Assembly (NCBI RefSeq): GCF_008831285.2
Contig: NC_045138.2
Location: forward strand, 30,628,001-30,692,000
Direction: 5' to 3'
DNA: 64,000 bases
DNA from: Nymphaea colorata
Lineage: Eukaryota
Made by a program: the position numbers and the translations under genes. Below, piece by piece: positions 59,931-64,000 of this stretch. The notes under the pieces were generated by a model, which saw only the letters and a program-made list of their open reading frames with translations, was not told the DNA's origin and did not search any database. The stretch's first letter is position 1. Every line of letters begins with the position of its first letter.

Positions 59931-61968
59931 AATTACTTTAGTTATCTAAAAAAATCCAGCCTTTAGCCAATGTTGTCTATCGAAAAGAAAAAAAGATAAA
60001 TGGTTGAGAAAAAAAAACAAGAAAAAAAAAGTCAAACTAATGTTAGATGATGAAAATGTTCATCATTTTTTTCTTTTTGTTTTTTCAAACTCTCCATCAT
60101 ATTGGATCGGATGGTCCTGATTAAATGGTTAGGTGACTCGGAAAAGTTTTTCAACTGGCAAACAACCATCGTTCTAACACCGATTAGTTGGGATGCATGA
60201 TACTTGTTAATCAAAGAACCTCATGAATGTCAGAGACGTTGTGACAGTTGATGCTTCGCTGGTGGACTCTTTTTTTTACCAGTATATTCGATAAAATTAC
60301 ATAGCTAATCTTGAGTATATTGATATCAAAAGTAGGACAGAATAGAGGGCAAACCACTCAAAAAAGTAACTTGGGTAATTAATTGATCAATTGCCAGGCC
60401 GAGTCTCGTTAATTCTGGGGTAGTGGGGTTATCTACCGCTCATGCTATGCTCAAAGCCCCATCATTTTTCCCTCCTCTTAGAGTCTTGTGCTGCGTCGGG
60501 GCATAGGTGGGCAGCATTAATTCACAAGCTTTATGTCTTGATTCTTGAAGGTGCTAAATCGCCTAGAGAGAATAAATAAAGAACAATCAACCGCATTAAT
60601 TATCGTTTATTTAGTTATAGATCCCTAGGTAATATATTAAAAATGGTAGATACAGTGTAGAGATACATGGGGGCTGGTGTGAGCAACTGCCTATACCAGC
60701 TCGTGAGTGGCACACCTCAGCCCAACAAAAATTTTATCATATGGCCTCATAAATATATTGTAGTGACTCAAAAAACAGATAGGATGCCCTCACCAGAAGT
60801 TGTCTTGTGACTCAAGTGTCCATCAACCAAAAAATTTATGGCTGCGGCACCGGCCGGTATAGATATTTGAATTATTGGTGGAATTTCCTTTCAATGTGGC
60901 GAGACTTTTTGGCATTACCAACTGTATTCATTGTCAAATCTTTAACCACCGAGCCTTCTTATACTCCCTAACAAAGATAATCTGTTAAGAATAGTAGCTA
61001 TACGAATTATTGGTCGACTTTCATGCCCCGATATTGCAAGATTTTTTGGCATTACCAACATAAAATTTTTATGATCAATCACGTTGCTAGTCTCCTGATC
61101 TTGCAAAAGTTACATTGTTCTTCGTAACAGTTGAGTATGAGTTTCTAATGTAGGATAAATTGCTCGCAATTCACCAACAGCCTAGAATGAACCATGAACA
61201 TCGTTTGGGCTGGCTTTGATTAAACGATTTCTGGAGCCACAACCCCATGGGGATGTTTCGATAGCACTGCCAAGATCGTGAGCAGTTACATCACGAGTCA
61301 GTAAAGAGACTTTCACTAAAAATCTCAATCTCGTCAAGGCTAGTTTTATATCATTTGGAAAGATTAGGGGGCAATAAACTGAATTTATAGTATATCATTT
61401 GCAGAGATTCTAGGGGCAATAAATTGAATTTATTGTTAAAACCTTAGCTATGAAGACCCTTTTACAGTTGTTGAAGAGAGGCTGGATTTCAGGCATTTCT
61501 GGTTAAACACCTCTTACTGTAAACTAAAGCGACAAAATTGTTCCTTGCATATGTATTATTCCTTTTGTCTAAATTTAAATAAAATACAGAGACAGTTGCA
61601 TCTTCTATATGCTAATGGACACTCAGTAATCGTCAGGGTATGACCTTGCCAGAAGCCACTGATGACCACCTGTCCCAAGTAAGTATGCAGTCCACCTTTT
61701 CAAAAATGTAAAATATAGTAGCAGTATCCAACGCAAGGATACAACACAATAAAACAAGCATATCAAAAGCAAATATGACCTGACTAAAGGAGTAAGAATA
61801 CTCAGACACCTAAGAAGCTATTCCTAGAATGCTTTGGGGAAAAAACAAAAGCCACCACAAGTTGGTTCGAAGAGACGTGTCACATATCCGAGGAGAATAG
61901 ACGTCCATCCACTATTATAGTGGTAGGTTGAATACCATCCGTTTTGCAGATGACACTGACTGTAGTTA

Positions 61969-63889
61969 TTAAACTTTTCGCTTCTTGTTGGAAGAGGCCT
62001 TAGTCTGATCTTGCTCTAGATTCCTTCTTAAAAGATCAATCTCCTCTTCTGAGACCAAATTATTGGTCTTCTTGTTCAATGTATAGGCTGCTGCTAATCT
62101 CCTTTTGCAATCATGGCTTGCAGAAGCGTGGTCAATCACTGGAACTAGCATTATTAGCAACATAAACCTGATAAAGCCTTCTTTTATATGTTCAAAAATC
62201 GAACTTGAAGCTTCATTCAAACTGGGACTGGAACAAATCTTTCAGGAATGTATTTATGTAAAAAAAAAAGCCTAAACCTGCAACTGAATTGAAATTTTGA
62301 ACAAAAAAAAAATCGGAAACCAAAATCAAGATCATGTCAACGTAAAAACATCCTAAACATCTGATGTTAATATTTGAACTAAAGAGATTTGAAGACCAAA
62401 CATAATAATGAGACTATGACAGAAATTTGAAGTTTATGTAAAGGACCTAAAATAAACGTCAACTCAAACATCGGTATTTGAAATGACACAATATTTGTAT
62501 GGCGAATTTAAATAAGAACTACATGATTTAAGGAATATTTAAATATTTAATGGTGGAATGAGCATTTCTGCATGGTCATATCATTTGTTGAAACAAAATT
62601 TCCATAGCAAAAATTAATGTGTTAAGTCTCCATTCAGTTGTACACCACCATGCCATAAAGCGACAATACGATCTGGTTCATTAAAGTATCCGTAATGAAG
62701 TTGAACTTGTATAAATAAATTAAACTAATGCAGTGACATGGATAAAACTTCACACGTACTGCGCTTGGTGGATCCCAACCTACCTGCAGCCAGCTTGGTT
62801 AGTACTAAAAGGGGGTTACAGCCATGATACAAGGTAGTAAGTAAAGGGCTGAAGTACACATATTACTTGTAGAAAAAATTTAATGTAGAGTACTCCACGG
62901 CTATTTCGTGCTTGACATGCGATAATATATTTTTTTTGCACATTCGACCCTAGGTTTTGTTGTTAAATATGATTTTTATTACACCAACTGCAAGGTCCAA
63001 CTGTCATTCATCTCCTCCTCTCTCATAACCCCTCTCCCCTCCCGCCACCCCAAAAAGAAAAAGATGAAGAAAAATACAAAAATAACCCTACTAGTTAGCT
63101 TCAATTCACTCAAAAGGGTTGTGAACCATGACACAAAGTAGAAAGGGGCTTCGGTACAATGCCATATCGTACTTTCTCAATTTGGTCCATCTTCTTACGT
63201 GTAGTATCCAACCAAATAAAAGAGCACCATTATCCACATTATTTCTTGTCCCATTTACGATTTGTTTTCTGCTGATCATTCTACAAAGATTTCATAACAC
63301 TAAAGCTATTTCTCAGCAAACATCAATAAAATTTGTCAAAAGAAGAAAGAACTAAGATGGTGGACATGACTAACCTGGTCTTGGGTAATCTTTCCCAATT
63401 ATGCAGCTAGCCTTTCTTTGTACATCTAATGGAGCAGTCCAAGGTTCATAGATGTACTCTCTAGGCATATCTAGCATGTTTGGGGGAATTGACCCATCAG
63501 AATAAATTTGAGAAAAATTTAGTGAGTCTCTCAAATCAGTTCTACGTCATACCTCTTAAAACAGGGATGAAGTATCTGATGAAATTTCCATCAGGATCAT
63601 ATTTCTTTCCAAAAGTTGTAGGGGAATATATGCGATGATACTGAAAAGTTCACATTAAACATTTTATCAACAAAAAATAATATTTGCTTGAAAAGAAATC
63701 TGTGTATCTATAAATGAATTGAGATCATGTCTTAAGCTAACTTTTTTCCGAGGGCCAAGGGTAAATGTCTTTTACCTGATAAAAGAAGGATGAGCAAGAA
63801 AGCCACAACCAGTTGCCGTTATTAATTGACCAATCAGAATCTATAAGAAGCCTCTCGAAAACATCACGTCCTTTCTCCCAATGGATAAA
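61969..63889 (-). CDS. UVR3: (6-4) DNA photolyase, 3' part. Exons 63889-63776, 63640-63553, 63470-63375, 62138-61969; the 5' exons lie beyond the window
   Basis: In-frame GT-AG splicing gives [118 protein letters not shown]...KKRKV*, the FAD-binding domain of (6-4) photolyases. Confidence 0.95.
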
Positions 63890-64000
63890 CTAAGTAAACA
63901 ATCATAATCAAACTACTAATACACATCATTGTAATCAGTATGCTCATTAACGCAAGTCCTAGCCTATATGGCTACATCCAACGAACCAGATATCAGCTCA

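Overview
Intron-containing nuclear DNA from a flowering plant; the taxon cannot be fixed from the sequence. Five genes could be reconstructed by hand with in-frame GT-AG junctions: (1) a 5-exon CYP734A/BAS1-type cytochrome P450 (5097-7866, +); (2) a 2-exon ENT-domain protein with no visible Agenet domain (26864-30060, -); (3) a 7-exon, 203-aa probable plastid protein of unknown function that the ORF track shows only in fragments (36343-38920, -); (4) an intronless 953-aa PLS-class PPR-DYW RNA-editing factor (51530-54391, +); (5) the last four exons of a (6-4) photolyase UVR3 (61969-63889, -, continuing past the window end). A 5'-truncated copy of the PPR-DYW gene with nonsense mutations lies 9758 bp upstream of the intact copy. 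Also present are a promoterless, 3'-truncated U6 snRNA copy (23831-23905), several hAT-type and PIF/Harbinger-type non-autonomous elements (two related ones flank the intact PPR gene), a near-perfect 1995-bp tandem duplication, decayed LINE and Ty3/gypsy remnants, and microsatellites. I see no clearly new biological system. The best leads are the transposon-flanked PPR-DYW duplication, the U6 fragment and the uncharacterised plastid protein.
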